The position numbers and the translations under genes are program-made. A DNA stretch of 64,000 bases from the NCBI GenBank assembly GCA_051294905.1, contig CM119377.1:15252001-15316000 (forward strand). The letters are read 5' to 3'. This document shows, piece after piece, positions 62,903-64,000 of this stretch. How positions within the stretch are numbered: position 1 is the first letter of the stretch; every line of letters begins with the position of its first letter. The DNA is from Botryllus schlosseri. Its lineage: Eukaryota. The notes beneath the pieces were generated by a model that was given only the letters and a program-made list of their open reading frames with translations, did not search any database and was not told the DNA's origin.

Positions 62903-64000
62903 TTTCTTGGTTACAATTATACATTGTCGCGATGTTATTACGACGAGCGAACAATAGCGGCATCGATGAACCGGATCATGTTAAATTGCATTCGAATTCC
63001 TCTCACTGACAAGGAAGTAGTCGCGTATCCGGCGAAAACAAAGATTTAAAGAGATTTTGACCTACTTGCGTTACATGAATTTTCATGTTCGTTTCTCTCC
63101 AGTAATGAAAGTCGTAAATCACGTTCCACGGCGATTTGTTCGCAGTCGATTTACATGCTACGTCGCGGGTGTGATCGATCAGTATCTTGGAGGTCTCTGG
63201 CTCGTGCCCTGATCCATAAACCTACTCAGGAAACTGGTAATCGCTTTGACACGCTAATCTGACTAATTTTCATCTTATACCCTTATAGAAATAACTTGTA
63301 TTCTTTCATTTATTCAATGACTAAATAACCCTTGCGTTTCAAAATTACGACAGAGTGCGGTTACAGGAATGTCTTAAATCTGCTTGAGGACTAGTATTAA
63401 TCCAACACTCGTATTGAAATACGCTAAAAATTAGGTACGCAGATTGAGTGCGAAAAGGAGAAAATAAACATAAGTATTTGGGGAAATGGCCAGGACAGGG
63501 AATTTACTGGTAGGGTGTAACGTCACAGATACTGTGTCATGCACACAAATGACGTGACAATATACGTCATTAAATCTAAAAATGGGGGCCCAGGACTCAT
63601 TCGTTAGGTTCAGGGATTGAACTCATATATATAATCGACTACATTACCTCCTCCAGAGTGCTACATCTTTGCACTACAGGTGAAGTATTTCGAAGCTCCA
63701 TGACCGGATAGAAATCCGTTTGTGAGATAATCATAAAGTAAAATCCGATCGGAATCCGGCCACATATTCGTCCCACGTCTGTTTCATTAGCATGTAAGTT
63801 AACGGTTTTAGTCTTAGGCCCATACCGAATTTGCGACCGAACGGAATCTCCATCCTGGCTCTGGTAATCGTTCAATTGTGGCATAAATTAATCATATAGG
63901 CCGTTATATTCAATCCAGTTGTAGTGCATCAGGATCACACCGCGGCATCATAACGCTTCACGGTAAAATACAATCATTATGAAAACAAAATAATTAGACT

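Noticed and set aside
1-64000. Second Irx paralogue, sowah/ankrd43 exons or any other intact host gene or transposase
   Set aside because: No second homeobox, ankyrin repeat or intact transposase ORF was seen on either strand. Small exons of a gene with large introns cannot be excluded.

Overview
This is AT-rich animal genomic DNA. It looks like a marine invertebrate, plausibly an ascidian; that is inferred only from the 64-67 nt introns, unmasked CpGs and hAT/MITE style. It holds one host gene, a TALE-class Iroquois (Irx, Irx4/6-like) homeobox gene on the + strand. I can splice seven coding exons in frame (38585-42533, 1878 nt, 625 aa). Two 3' exons (42285-42381, 42446-42533) are not in the ORF track, and there is a candidate upstream exon near 36.9 kb. 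The rest is a gene desert with many transposable elements: about a dozen hAT-type elements/MITEs with 8-bp target-site duplications (TSDs), two tRNA-derived SINE families, two decayed Chapaev-like transposons, LINE/RT remnants and microsatellites. There is one 162-N assembly gap. Repeat-poor blocks flank the gene and are candidate cis-regulatory DNA. I found no CRISPR array, rRNA or true tRNA. I did not find a clearly new host biological system. The best novelty candidates are (i) a 2.5-kb TSD-flanked foldback transposon built from two transposase 3' ends, (ii) a gapless reading frame shared by two about 30%-diverged repeat copies, and (iii) details of Irx splicing and its 5' end. All alignments and counts were done by eye.
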